Below are positions 28,501 to 40,984 of a DNA stretch of 64,000 nt, one piece after another. The translations under genes and the position numbers were made by a program. This DNA is from Balanoglossus misakiensis (taxonomy: Eukaryota; Animalia; Hemichordata): the NCBI GenBank assembly GCA_040954595.2, contig CM082578.2:5873419-5937418 (forward strand), read 5' to 3'. Position 1 is the first letter of the stretch, and each line of letters opens with the position of its first letter. Under the pieces are notes generated by a model. It did no database searches. It was not told where the DNA came from and saw nothing but the letters and a program-made list of their open reading frames with translations.

Positions 28501-31389
28501 TGCTGGTACAAATGACTATATACATGTATAATTTCTCTTTTAGTGCATTTGTATTTAAATGGACAATGATGTGTTTTCACATATAACCAGTTTCGGCAAA
28601 ACTAAATGTCATTGGTTAACATCCCAGTTGCCATTAACATTCTATCTTTCTAATTTCAGACAACCGGAAAGCCCAAGAATGTTCTCATGAGATATATTTT
28701 AAATTAGACAGCCTGCAGGAGACTTTGGCGCAATTAAAGAAGAGAGACAGGGAAAAGGGTTATATGGTGGAGAGAGACTTGCTGTTCTTAATTGAAATGC
28801 GCATTGGCCTCATAATGCAAATCATCAAATGTGGGTTGGAAAGGGATCCAGTCTCCACGGAGCCTTACTTATTCATTGAAATGGTTCTAAGAATACAAGG
28901 TATATTGTTGAACGCATACCACAGAAATGTTGCCCCGGAGGACCCCAGTAAACTGACAGGAAGACTGGAAACCATCTTTAAGTTTGTGGTGGAAGGATGC
29001 TTTGGCAATATTAGAAATTTGGATGGTTACATTTGGACTGGAAGTACTAGTGAAGGATTCGCTCTGACTGACCATACCGAAGGCAGTGAAGCCTATCTCG
29101 ATGACGAAATGGACGTTATGATCCCTATTGGGACGATTGCAGAGGGACCAAATGTGGGCGACGAACACAGCCAGCCATCCTACGAGATATCTGAACCCGA
29201 GAGTGACCAATCTACAGACAGTGCGGGTCCCAGAACACGTTCTTCCCGTGAGGTGAAAGTTCGCCTAGATCAAGGGCAAGCTCCGTCTTTACGTGCGCAT
29301 GGTGTAAAAAATACCGATCACAATGCCACGTCTTCTTCCACAGTGGATGAAAAGCAGGTCCCACAGGATGTTGACGAAGGAGACGCCACTCAAGAGCGGG
29401 CGGGGCAGAAGCCAGACTCTATCGATGATGAGCGTTCAACAGGAAAAAGTAGCCCTCTCCAGAAAGTTGTACAAGACCAACGAGATAAGACTTCAGAAGA
29501 GAGTGATGAGGTTGCCGAAACTGACCACAAAGACAATAATTATTCACCACAGAATGAAGTCAAGTCTGAGAACAGTGTTCTTGCGACTGTTGATAAAGGA
29601 CCGGCCGGAAGCGCTGCAAGGAAGAAAAGACCAAAGGGTCCTGAAGTCTTCATAAGTGAGTTAGAAGATGTGGGAACACGACAAAGCCACGATTCGCCTC
29701 TTATCTGGGTGCAAACATCACTTCCCGGCTACGTGAACGTACAAATACCAACTGAGAAGGAGAACTTATTCAGCAATGGCCTTCTTGAAAACCTCTGTAC
29801 TACCAGAACAGAAACCGGTACAGAAAATATCTACTTGTCAAGGTCAAAGCTCTTGAAAGTCCAGGAAGACTTCGTACGCTCCGAAATACCATGTGTCCAA
29901 TACTGCCTTGATATTGTACCTCCAGTTTGGGGTGAAAACCGAGGAACTTTAGCATTAGAGCAACAGGGACCAGTTCAGACACTGCATCTACACCAAAGCT
30001 TGAAGTCAAGAGAAGGTACTAGAGATTGAACATTAGTAGCTCATTGTGATGATACGGCAATATTCAACTTACATGGTTATCCTGACTGAACTGAAGACAC
30101 ATAATGTTTTCTTTTACAATAGAGTCCTACAGGTACTATGCTGTAAGACGACATCACGTTACACCTTTGATATATATTCCCGGGTATATTTAGTGTTGAT
30201 GGGTTTCTTTTAAATGTAATAGCTCTGTTAAAACGCATTTTCTGAACTCTAATAGCAGCATGGTTGTACCACAATACAATGGTGTGCCAATATTGCATGG
30301 ACAGTCCCCATAAATGGAGCCTGGGTTTAAACTTCACCCCTTATGTTTCAGCTCTGAAAGGAGGCAACTACACAACTGCAGAGTTCGACCAAACAATCGA
30401 CGTAGCTTTGGTTTTATCGTGCACCTCTTGGCCATCACAGGCAGAGGAATGGATTTCAAGAGAGCGACAGTGGCCATCTAGAGATGTTGTCCAAAGAATC
30501 CTAACAGAGGGGTGTCACGTGGTTCCTAAGGCATATCCCGGTTCAGAAGGTGACGACGAACTCCAATGGAGGCTCTCGTTTTCATTGGCTGAGAGAACAC
30601 TAGCAAACACATTCATGCCATGGCAAAGGACCACCTATCTCGTTCTAAAGAAGCTTTGGCGTCGATATCTGAAGGTAAGTGTGCCCGATGATGCCATACT
30701 TTAAAACAGTTGTGGAACCGAATGTGCATTTATCCACGCGTACCCACGGGTGGTGTACGGTGTACTAGTATACAAACACGAGTAAAACTATCCAGAGATA
30801 CCTTACATGTTTGTCTGTCTAGACATTTTGTTGTGGAATAAAAAATAACAGTTCAAGGAGAATGTGGTTTCATCGTCTAAGATATGTTCTACCATAAAAG
30901 GGTAATTATATACTGATATTGGTATGACGTGGCGTATATTTTTAGGAACCCAAGGTAATTTCATCCTACCACATGAAGACGGCAATGTATTGGGTTTCAG
31001 AGCAGATCCCACCTCACAAGTGGCAGGAAGGTAACCTCGGCCGATACTACTTGGATGTTCTAAGCAAGCTCATCGAATTTCTGGACAAGAGGACTGTCCC
31101 AAACTTCTTCCTTCCACACAATAACATGGTGAGCCATCTGCCAGAGACAGACATCGAAACCATCTTACAGAAGCTACGGGATATCAGAAAGAATCCACGC
31201 CGCTATCTGCAACACTTGGTAACTCCATCTAACACATTTACTGTGTTTTCAGAGGAAGCGCAAGAGCCGTCAATAGAGACCGAGTATGGGCAGCATGCCA
31301 TGTACAGAAAGATGTTCAATGATTACTTTTTCAAGGTGACAGAGCCCGGTCGCGGTCCACCTCCACACATGCGTAAGAAGTTTCGGTGA
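22297..31389 (+). CDS. Multidomain protein: ARM-like repeats + Neuralized (NHR) domain + Mab-21/cGAS-like receptor (cGLR) nucleotidyltransferase, ~1322 aa
   Basis: Coding exons 22297-22386, 22528-22741, 23256-23374, 23611-23755, 24438-24626, 25059-25273, 25565-25699, 25815-26046, 26318-26402, 26806-26975, 27384-27497, 27802-27939, 28660-30015, 30352-30674, 30946-31389 total 3969 nt, with consistent phases and no internal stop. NHR motifs: VFVTDKPLQDNQMFEIKID, DRIGIARRPNGTLHFFLNGEHKGVA, VYPVVAVTGKCLQVSI. Mab-21 motifs: TGSTSEG, DEMDVM, IDVAL, WPSQAEEWISRERQWPS, GCHVVPK, WRLSFSLAE, ISSYHMKT, VPNFFLPHNNM. Confidence 0.82.
25350..25504. repeat. Compound (TATG)n/(TCTA)n microsatellite
   Basis: Direct inspection; intronic. 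Confidence 0.97.
28660..31389 (+). CDS. Mab-21/cGAS-like nucleotidyltransferase domain (three 3' exons)
   Basis: GS motif at ~29040, E-x-D at 29106-29114, third Asp at 30399; MB21D2/cGLR-type WP...WPS...GCH.VPK...WRLSFS.AE block and SSYH.KT helical bundle. Confidence 0.92.
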
Positions 31390-32109
31390 ACATATTTGTA
31401 TACATGTACAGCTGAATTTCTCAAGGCAGTTAGCCAAAATTATCGACGACAATTATTATCAGTAGGCGACAACCAGTCTTGGCACACAGGCTGGTTTGAT
31501 AGATTTATTTTAGATGTGTGTTTACAAACAGACCTTTTGTTTCATGTCATTGATTGTGAGCAACTATTTGTGACAATGGGTTGGCCAAGTGTGAGTGTAA
31601 ACTGTCTTATGTGTGCAGTAGACAACACCGAAACACCTGACATAACGTTCTGCTCTCTTTTTTGCCGGAAGACCATATATCCATCTTTCACGGACTTGAC
31701 TTTGTTGTGTGTGTGTGTGTTGTTGTTGTTGTTGTTGTTGTTGTTGATTGTCTTTGCTGTGCTAAATCGTTTTTGTGACTAGTTTGTCTTTGCAACTGGC
31801 CATGTAAATACTGTATATTTGTTCTATGAACTTTAAAATATGAATCACAGCACTGAAGTTCAAACCATGTATCAGTACATGTTGAGTTAGAGAACACGAA
31901 AAACGAAAATTAAAGTTTACTGATAATCACAACTTTAAATTCATCCGTTTTGGTGCCACTTGTACCCATAAAAATGACACAATGTCATACGGAATACGGC
32001 TATTTTGAAGAGACTTTAGACAGACAATCAAAATGCCGAATTGATGAAGATAATATCTTTTGAATAAGTTCACAGCTGGTTTCATATTCTTTCACTTGTG
32101 TATTCATGG

Positions 32110-33130
32110 AAAGCAAACTCAAATTAAGTATGGTGGGTTATGTGCCCCAGATATGCTTGTCTTTTGTAATTCTTTTCGGATTTCTTGGATCAAAAGACTT
32201 TGGGATAATTCTGTTAAACACCCCTGGAAAGATGTTTTAAGTGACAGGTTGAAACCAGTAGAGGTAAATTTGTGTTCGACTGTAATTACAGTGTGGAGAC
32301 TCTCCCTATGTATGTGGATAGTTTTTATTGTGAAGCACTGAATGCATGGTTTTATTTAAGGAATATCAACCACAATAATTCTTTTGCGAATTGTATTATT
32401 TCGAATAACAAAAATAACATTATAGAAGGAAAGTCTGTTTACTTTAAGAACATCTACGAAAAAGGGATTTGCTATCTCTCTGATTTAAAAGAGGGTGGTT
32501 ATTTCAGAGGCTTTAAGAAATTATAGAGATGTATAATCTTACCGTTGCTCAAGCTTTTAAGCTTTCTTGTATTTGGGATGCACTTTCCTCTGAAGTAAAG
32601 CGAGAGCACCCTCCTGTATCAACAGATACTGCAAATATTTCACTAGATATTTTCCCGATTTTTATAAATGGCATATTTGTCAACATTCTGGACGTTACAA
32701 AAAATTTATTAAGAATACTTTAAGGGGTAGAAAAGTTGATTTTGCTATTAGCACCATTTATATTTTGAGAGAATTTCACATTTTTCCTGGTGAGCTCTCG
32801 AAGCTGTATACACTTCCTTTTATTTGTTGTATTGATAACAGAGCTAGATTATTTCAATTGAAGCTTTTGCATCGTATTCTTCACACAAACTACGATTTGT
32901 TTAAAATAACTGCCTTGAAGGTGGTTGACCTATTATGTACTTTTTGCGAGGGGGACATTGAAACGAGAAATCAATTGTTTTACGCCTGTATTCATGTTAA
33001 AAAAAATATGGGGCACTTTTAAAACCGTATTTAAGGAGTTAATAAGTCACTTGGAATTTCTTACACTTCAGCATATTATTTTGGGTTCGTTAACATTTAC
33101 AAATCTTTTAAATCATCTTCTGAACATCGA
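32110..33130 (+). mobile_element. Degenerate L1/Tx1-type LINE ORF2 3' fragment
   Basis: Frameshifted pieces YGGLCAPD...SWIKRLW...HPWK and RLFQLKLLHRILHTN...LCTFCEGDIETRNQLFYAC (zf-RVT). Confidence 0.8.
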
Positions 33131-33142
33131 TCTTCTGATTTT

Positions 33143-36100
33143 AATATCAGCCTCAACTGTCATTGTTTCTGAAAAAAATAACATAGCCAAGATATTTGTG
33201 TTGAGACATGACATTTAAAATCTTACCCCCGAGAAGAGGGGGTATCTTAGATTTTAAACAATTCTTATTTCGTCATTTAAAAGTGTAGATAAACCTAACT
33301 ACACCAATAAAACCCAATGTCGTACCTGACTTGCCAATCTGAGGCGCGCCATGTACATGTATGCTGACCGGGTCAGAATAAGTTGAAAGGTCACACAAAG
33401 TATACGTGATTCTGACTACAGTCTGCTGCTAGTATATCTGGATCTGGATCGATCGCTCAGCCACACACTTCAGCGATAGCTGCACGTGACCTTGCTTGCA
33501 GATAGATTGGGGCGGGTATATGAGTCTAGATTAACTGTTTATAGCGCCTACCTATAACTCCGCGCACTAATTCGTGTTGATCTCTCGCTGGCTGAACTCT
33601 CCAATCGTCAAGCCCTACTTCCGCCTGCAATTGTATCGCCTGAAACATACGATACCTCGTGTTGATCCCTCGCTGAAAATCTCTCCCTCCAACGCTGGCG
33701 CGATATTCTTTTAAAGTATGACAACGCAAATTCCGTCACTGACACTAAATAATGGCATTAGCATGCCGCTAGTTGGCCTTGGAACATTACTGGTGAGTAT
33801 ATGTTTGTTCATACCATGCACTGTTGTATGTAGCATTTTGAAGCAAAGCGGAAAAAATACGGGGAGGCTATGTTGCATGCGGAATGACCTTGGAACGATT
33901 TTAGCAAAATGTAGTGTTTGTAGAAATGGTGGTATCCTTAAATGTTATAAGCGTTGGTTTTATGGCGGTTTAAAAGTTCAAACCATAGGGGCACAGAAAT
34001 AATTATGATATGGGTGTGTTGTTGTTGTTGTAGTTGTTGTTGTTGTTTTTGCATATTAAAATTGATCATTGACTCGACTAATTTCTTGTTGAATGGAAAA
34101 ACAGCGTACCACGATAAAGTCAATCCATTTTCGATGGACCTAAGTTTTCAAAATTCAACAACTGGCTGAGCAACTGATTAAACAGCTATTTATGGGGGCG
34201 CTGTGTACATGTATCTGGTGGCTGCAGGTAGGAACGTTGGAATGCTGGTAGTTATCCTTGGTACAGATAATAACATGTTAGTAAACGTTTCAGATCAAAC
34301 CCGAAGAAACTGTTGCGGCTGTGAGGGCTGCGATCAACATCGGATATAGACACATCGATACTGCATACGCTTATCAAAATGAAGAACAGATTGGCCAAGC
34401 AATCCAAGAAGTTCTGGCTGAAGGCGTTGTCAAACGGGAAGAGCTCTTCATTGTTACTAAGGTATGTCGACAGAGTATCAATTACAGACATGCGTATCAG
34501 GGACATATCAATTCCATGTTGCGGTTGTAAGGAATTATTATCAGTTTGAGCTGGAAACAACCAACAGGACAGCGCTCTTTACTACAATGTTCAAAATACC
34601 AGCAACGAATGCCAAACTGGCAACACCGTATTTCTTTGATGGGAGCGACAAGTTATCTCTAAAATTGTAACAACGTCTCAATTTAGTAGACAAAAAGGCG
34701 CCCCATCCCAATTGCGCAGTTGAAGTAGTGCGTGTAAAATGTACTTTAATCGGAAACGACCAATGAAATGTTTTCTTGTTTCACATTACTGAGTTTTCAT
34801 TTGTTTATCTAACTTTACTGTCGCCAGCTTTATGGTCAATTCTTATCCCCGGAGCATGTTCGTGAAGGTTTTGACCAATCATTGAAGATGCTGAAAGTCG
34901 ACTACATTGACCTATATTTGATGCATACCCCATTTGCAATGAAGGTACGTATATACATGTAGGACTGATTTGAAATGTGCCTCTAGCCTGTCTGCGGTAA
35001 ACGCCAAACAGTCGATATTGCTGTTAATAATGTGGAGACTGGGACCCCCAACTTGTTGCCTAACAAAGTGTTATTGTTAACCATGATCATTACGCTCTGC
35101 CTTTTACAGTAATTTTCCTCTGCCTTCAAATAGATTTCAGTGATGTAAACACCACTTCACAAGCCTGACACATCCTTCAGAAATGTATCTTAGAAACTGT
35201 TTTTGTCATGCAATGATTGACTGACATCACATTGGATTTCTCCCAGTATGACAGGTCTACGCTGTATCCTGAAAATGAGAAGGGAGAATATCTCACAGAG
35301 ATAGTGGACTACGTGGACACATGGAAAGTGGGTATATTATAAGACATTGAAGTTGAACAATAGCATTTTGAAAGTAAAATAACAATGTCATATATTTTGA
35401 AAATTTCGCGAATCACGCGAGAACTATGACGAATTTGTGCGCATTACGCAAGAACTATGACGTCATTTTCTATACTGGCGATCAGAGAAATAAAAAAAAT
35501 TCGCAAAAAAAAAAAAAAAACTTCCCGACCTACCATACCCTATATTTGAAAACCGTGTTATCGGAAAAGCACATTTTTTTATTTGGCCTTAGTAGGGTTA
35601 ACTGAAATGTAACATAAGCCTACCCCTTCTCTTACCGTTATCAGATCACTTTGATGATTATGGTTATTCGGGGAGTCATGTATAATAATGTTTTCACAAT
35701 GTTCTGCCTTCAAATGATAGGAAATGGAAAAACTGGTGGACGAAGGTCTGGTCAAGTCAATTGGGGTCTCTAACTTCAACTCCAAACAGATTGAACGAAT
35801 TCTACTCGCTGCCAAGCACAAGCCTGTGGTCAATGAAGTACGTGCGTATCTTGTACATTCTGTGATTCCTCGCTTGGCATCCATAGATTGAGAGAGGTGC
35901 TTGATTCGCTCTTCCATGAATTTATAATTGGCATTACACCCAGCTACAACTTGCCTTGTGTTGTGTTGTACATGTAGTTGCCTGGGGATACTTATGATTT
36001 CATGATTACATTTTATCTTGCAGATCGAAGTACATCCATATTTTGTAAGAAAAAAGCTGATCAAGTTCTGCCAATCGAAAGGAATAGTTGTGACGGCCTT

Positions 36101-37868
36101 CTCTTCATTAGGCGCACCCGCTCATCCAAAGTACAGCGTAACATACATACTTAACTATAAGTAACTTTTATCCCTTGGCATAGTTTGAGGCTTACTTGCC
36201 CCGGTTTGCCAGAATGGTCCGGCGAAGCTTCAGTGAACCCAGAATGTCCTCCCTCTGCTCCACACATTCAGCCACGTTTATAATATTCTGTTATTGACCA
36301 AAATATATAATGTATAGCATAAGGTATGATATGAGTATGATTATTATATAACGTGATATATTGATATGTACGGTATGATATATACATGTAGGAATATGAT
36401 ATATATACATGTAATATATCGACTACTTCATCTTTTGTGAACAGCTTACTTGAAAACGTTCCCAAGTTTATGGATGACTCTGTGGTGAAAGCTATTGCTA
36501 AAAAGTACCAGAAATCGCCCGCACAAGTTCTCCTTCGATACTCAATCAACCTTGGATGTGTTGTCATACCCAAGAGTGTTAATCCTGACCACATGAAAGA
36601 AAACACTCAGGTATTTTAAAATGAGGTTATGAGGTCATAAGAACTGTTCTCCGTCGAAGCTTCAGAAACAACCATCATCGTCATCGTATTTGTTGTAGAA
36701 TAAAAATATTCTCTCAAATAGAGTAGAGATTAATCTGCAAAATATAGCGTATAATCTGGCTCAATTAAACGCACACTAGTACATTTGTAATAATTTGTTG
36801 AATGGTGGGAGGTTAAAGCAAATATTCCCGATAAACCTCTACACTCACACGATCCGGGTGCATTCAATACATTGGAGCAAAAACGCCGATCCCCCCCCCC
36901 CACCCCCGCAAAAAAAATAATAGCGGGGATAGACTATAGATAACCATTCTTGTTCATTCTATCCGCAGATATTTGATTTTGAACTGAGCCAAGAAGACAT
37001 GGCAACCTTAGAGAAACACAATCGTGGCAAGCCAATTTCTGTGGTTTGGCAAAGGTAGGTACGATTTGACAGTAATTATATACCATCTAAGGTATCGTGT
37101 CAACGTCCATTTTCGTGATTTAAAAATAAATTATCTGGATAAAATTGGTGAGGAGTTTATCGCATCACTTGCATAGCCCATGCAGTGTAACAACATAAGT
37201 AGTTAACGTATTAGGAGTGAATTCCACGATTGATTATGTTTCATGGATGTCGCAATACACTATCAATATATAATACGTTTTAACTACATTAAAACATCCT
37301 TATGTATATCACCTGGCAGCCAGGTCGGGTCCAAACCTTACACATGTCCAAACAATGGCCATAGAAGCATGATACAAATGCATTTTCATTTCTTATCGAA
37401 TGACGTATTGTACCCACTGGCAATATACATGTATGTTTCATGGATATGTCAGGCGCTTGGTGTCAATAACAAAGTTCAGAAATTTAAGTTTTAAGAGATT
37501 GGAACTCGACCACGCCGATTCGCGTAGCCGAATAGTCAACACGCAAGCAATACAGCGAAATCCCACACAGATATACCTAACCCTAATCTTTACAGGTTTA
37601 AGGACCACCCTCACTACCCGTTCAATGAAGAGTGATGTCCTTTGCGGCCGGCGATGGCTACGATAAAAGTGTACCCCATCTAATCTATGTAAAATAAACT
37701 ATTGGAGAGAAGACAATCGTAGGCTAGATTAAGTGGTGACATGTGCAGTCCAGCAATTCCTGTTAAGGCCACGTCTCAACTATTCCTCAAAACAGCTTAC
37801 CTGTCATTCCTTGTTTCTTGAATTAACCCCTAAATTGACAATAAACCATTTGATCCAGGCAATAGCTG
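33143..37868 (+). repeat. Segmental duplication of ~14215-19210 (AKR unit including promoter and 3' UTR)
   Basis: Homology starts at ATCAGC.TCA.CTGTCA...AATAACATAGCCA.GATATTTGTGTTGAGAC and ends at GGCAATAGCTG. Confidence 0.92.
33718..37635 (+). CDS. Aldo-keto reductase (AKR1-like), paralog 2, 9 exons, 318 aa
   Basis: Exons 33718-33792, 34294-34461, 34828-34944, 35247-35327, 35721-35837, 36024-36130, 36445-36610, 36969-37054, 37596-37635. Exon sizes are identical to paralog 1 and the D-Y-K-H tetrad is intact. Confidence 0.95.
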
Positions 37869-38489
37869 AAGACCCGGGTACATGAAACATTCATCTTTGT
37901 GTGAGTAAAGCACCATAAACAAATATCAATAGCCATCAATTCAATAGTAGTTCTCGCGGTTAAAAAAAGTTCCCTCGGTAATTGCTTCTTGTTATTTTTC
38001 TAGTAATTAAACATATAACAATTAATAAATACATTGTACAAGTTGTATGTATCATCAGTTTGAAGATGAGGTCGTTCCAGTTTTCATGAAATAAGTGGAC
38101 ACATCTTTTGGTAATGTAACACAGGAACAATGGACACACACACAACTGTTAGAGTTCACTTCCAAAGAGCATTTTATTCCACGATATTAAATGATCCACC
38201 CCCCCCCCTTACAGGGATTTCTGAACTTACGTTCGTTTTGCAGTTGTGACAACTGACCCGGTTAGTGAGGGTCAGTCTGTCAGGAAATGGAATTGGTTGT
38301 TAGCTAAACCGGAAGAATTTGAGTCTTTTACGTAATGGCAAAAGTCAACTAATGGTGATATTTATACTATAATTTCAAGTTTGTGAATAATCATGGAGTA
38401 GCAAGCCGTATGGACCAAATGCGAATGCATCAGTTAAATTTGACAACTTGCAAAATACATTCAGATTACAGTTTAAAAGTTACAGATGA

Positions 38490-38960
38490 ACTTTCCAAGG
38501 TTAGATTTGGACGATTCTTGTGTTGTTATATAAAACTGTAGCTAAACTTACCAAACCAATAAAAACCATGGCGCGCCTGACTGGCCAAACTTCTGATCTG
38601 ACATGTATGCTGACCGGGGTCAGAATAAGTTGGAAGGTCACACAAAGCAAACGTGATTTTGATTCTAATCTGACGGTTCGACACTGAGTAGGCCTATATG
38701 TATACTTCCGATCATGATCGATCGCTCAGCAAAACTTCAGATAGCCGCACGTGACCCTTCCTTGCTTGCAACTAGACTTTCATTGATGTACATGTATGGC
38801 GGACAGGTATACTGTATAAGAGATAAACTGTTCAGCGCCTACCTATACCTCCACGCACTACACTCGTGTTGATCTCTAGCCTCGCTACAGCTGAATTCTC
38901 CAATCGTCTAACCCCTACCTCCGCCTGTATACTTGCACTGCCTTCCACGTACGAAACCTC
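38490..38960 (+). pseudogene. Third AKR duplicate relic: promoter/5' UTR only, coding exons absent
   Basis: Matches AKR upstream blocks TGACCGGGGTCA.AATAAGTTG.AAGGTCACAC, GATCGATCGCTCAGC, GCACGTGACC and AGCGCCTACCTATACCTCC...CGTGTTGATCTCT. It then jumps to sequence homologous to the AKR1 3' flank (19695-19999). Confidence 0.8.
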
Positions 38961-39399
38961 CGCGCACACGTGTAACTCATTGGACCATCAGCCTAGCCCC
39001 GAATTCGATACTCGGCTCTGTACCAGAAAGTCACTCAAAGCAAGCAAACACACGAAAAGTATTAAGACTATAGAATCTTTATAACGGCAAAACAAATCAC
39101 CAAGCGACCAGTGGGCTTGTCTAGAGATCAGGTGGTATATAGCATGAGTTTACCAAAAGAGGGCGCAATTTATCGCGCATACAAGCAGTCACGTCAGCGC
39201 CAGGAGGGGCGCAGAAGCACAGAAGAAGAAAAAAGCTGGTAGACAACAAAACCTATTTAGTTTCGGTCATATTAATAGTTATATGCTTTCCCTAAATAAA
39301 TCTATGACAAACATACTAATTTAAGCAAATGTACTAAATGTTAAACAACTGAATCCCGATGATCATTTGAAACACTAGTGTAAAGGCAGAAAGACTACT

Positions 39400-39987
39400 A
39401 TGACGGCAGAGGCACATGTAACGATAGGAAGGCTCTCGGTTGCAGAGATGCGGAACTTATGCTACAACCACGACTGCAAGCTGATATACATCGAGCTGCC
39501 TGGTGATTTGCCGGAGCAACTTATGTGCTCGCTGTGGGCTACGTCCCCTTGCACAGCTTTGGAAAAAAGTAAGTGTTTCGCGGAAGATGCCAAGAAACTC
39601 GGCGGTATTGTAAGGCGGATCAAAATCGAAGTGTTATTTCACAAGGCCTCTCAACAATTAAGCAGTGGTCAATACTGGGAGTTTCATTATACGCTGACTG
39701 CCACTTCTCGTGAGATGGCCTGCGCGGGTTTAGAAGATCATTTGGCTGAGCAAGGTTTTCCCGCTCGTTTGTCCCGCTCTTTATTGTCGAAGGAGGTGAA
39801 AGGCAAAGAAAAATTCATATTGACTTTGAGACTGTACACTGGAACGAAAGACGAGGCCAGAGCCAAGCGCGAATCGGTTCGCCAGCTGGTGGAAAGCTGG
39901 CGTGACGGCATACTGACCGTATGTAAAGTGGCCAGCGAGATTGCCATCTACGACGACAACGTAAACCTGGATAACGGATGGTTGTAA
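39400..39987 (+). CDS. Intronless 195-aa ORF resembling an uncharacterised bacterial/giant-virus protein family (candidate horizontal transfer)
   Basis: ATG-TAA ORF, GC-richer than its flanks, with AATAAA at 40015. Motif series EAHVT...IEL.G...QLM...VRRIKIE...YWEFH...LSRS...LTLRLY...EIAIYDDNVNLDNGWL. The family resemblance is from memory and has not been searched. Confidence 0.7.
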   Translation: MTAEAHVTIGRLSVAEMRNLCYNHDCKLIYIELPGDLPEQLMCSLWATSPCTALEKSKCFAEDAKKLGGIVRRIKIEVLFHKASQQLSSGQYWEFHYTLTATSREMACAGLEDHLAEQGFPARLSRSLLSKEVKGKEKFILTLRLYTGTKDEARAKRESVRQLVESWRDGILTVCKVASEIAIYDDNVNLDNGWL

Positions 39988-40984
39988 CAATTGCAGTTAT
40001 TATCATTCCTGTTGAATAAATTACACGCGTCTGTTTTCATTTTTTTTCTTGAAAATCACCATCATTCCGTAGCTTTTATGATCCAGGAAAATTCAAAGCA
40101 AAATTTTTCCGACCGTTGATATATATTAGATGCCGAACACCAAGCAACTCTGTTGACAGCCTCATTACAACTACCCACGACGTGATGTATGCGGTGAAAC
40201 GAGACCCCCACCCATAAAGGGTCGGGGATTATGAGCCTATACAAATTAGGACAAAATGCATTCCTACCACAAACACTTTATACAGATCAAACATTCAACG
40301 ACGATATTGTGTTTTTAATGAATGCCATCCGCTAACGCCGATAAAGCTTAAAGCTAACATGTTCAATCGTATAATTGAGAACGGCATCGATGAAGCCCTG
40401 GATGTGTGCACCCATATGTTGAAAAAAAACAGAACCATACAAGATGTATCCCGTACACGACGAGAACCGACGCTGGAACTTGTCCAAGAATGCCTCACTC
40501 CACGATCTGTGCGGAACTGATTACTTTTGCGTTTGACGGTCAGATATCATGGTGAACACATCGCTCAACAACGTTAACATCTATAATACCAACACATATC
40601 AACAGAGTTTGACGACGACGACGATGATGATGATAGATTGATCATCCACGCTGTCGAAACTAATCGTACATTTTACCGAACACCATACGCAGCGTCTTCA
40701 ACTATGGACTTATTATATGCAGCAACATCAAGATTTTCGTGTACAATGGATAAAGTTGGGACGAATCACGCGTTCGCGTTCGAAGGGAATTCTACAAAAA
40801 CAAAACGAGAAAAAGAAAACTGAATCGACGTATTATTTGACATGGTATAAATTTTAGTAGTTACACGTTTTTGTCCACTTTGACGAACTGACCCAAACCC
40901 GAAGTCGCAGACCTGCAGTCCACCTTTAGTTTGCCTTTAATATGATTATGGAAATTGCATAAAGGAATATCACACCTGTTTCGT

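Noticed and set aside
35579-36606. Antisense ORFs of 161 and 112 aa over AKR2 (and similar ones over AKR1 and the cGLR gene)
   Set aside because: Shadows of the sense-strand exons, with no independent motifs
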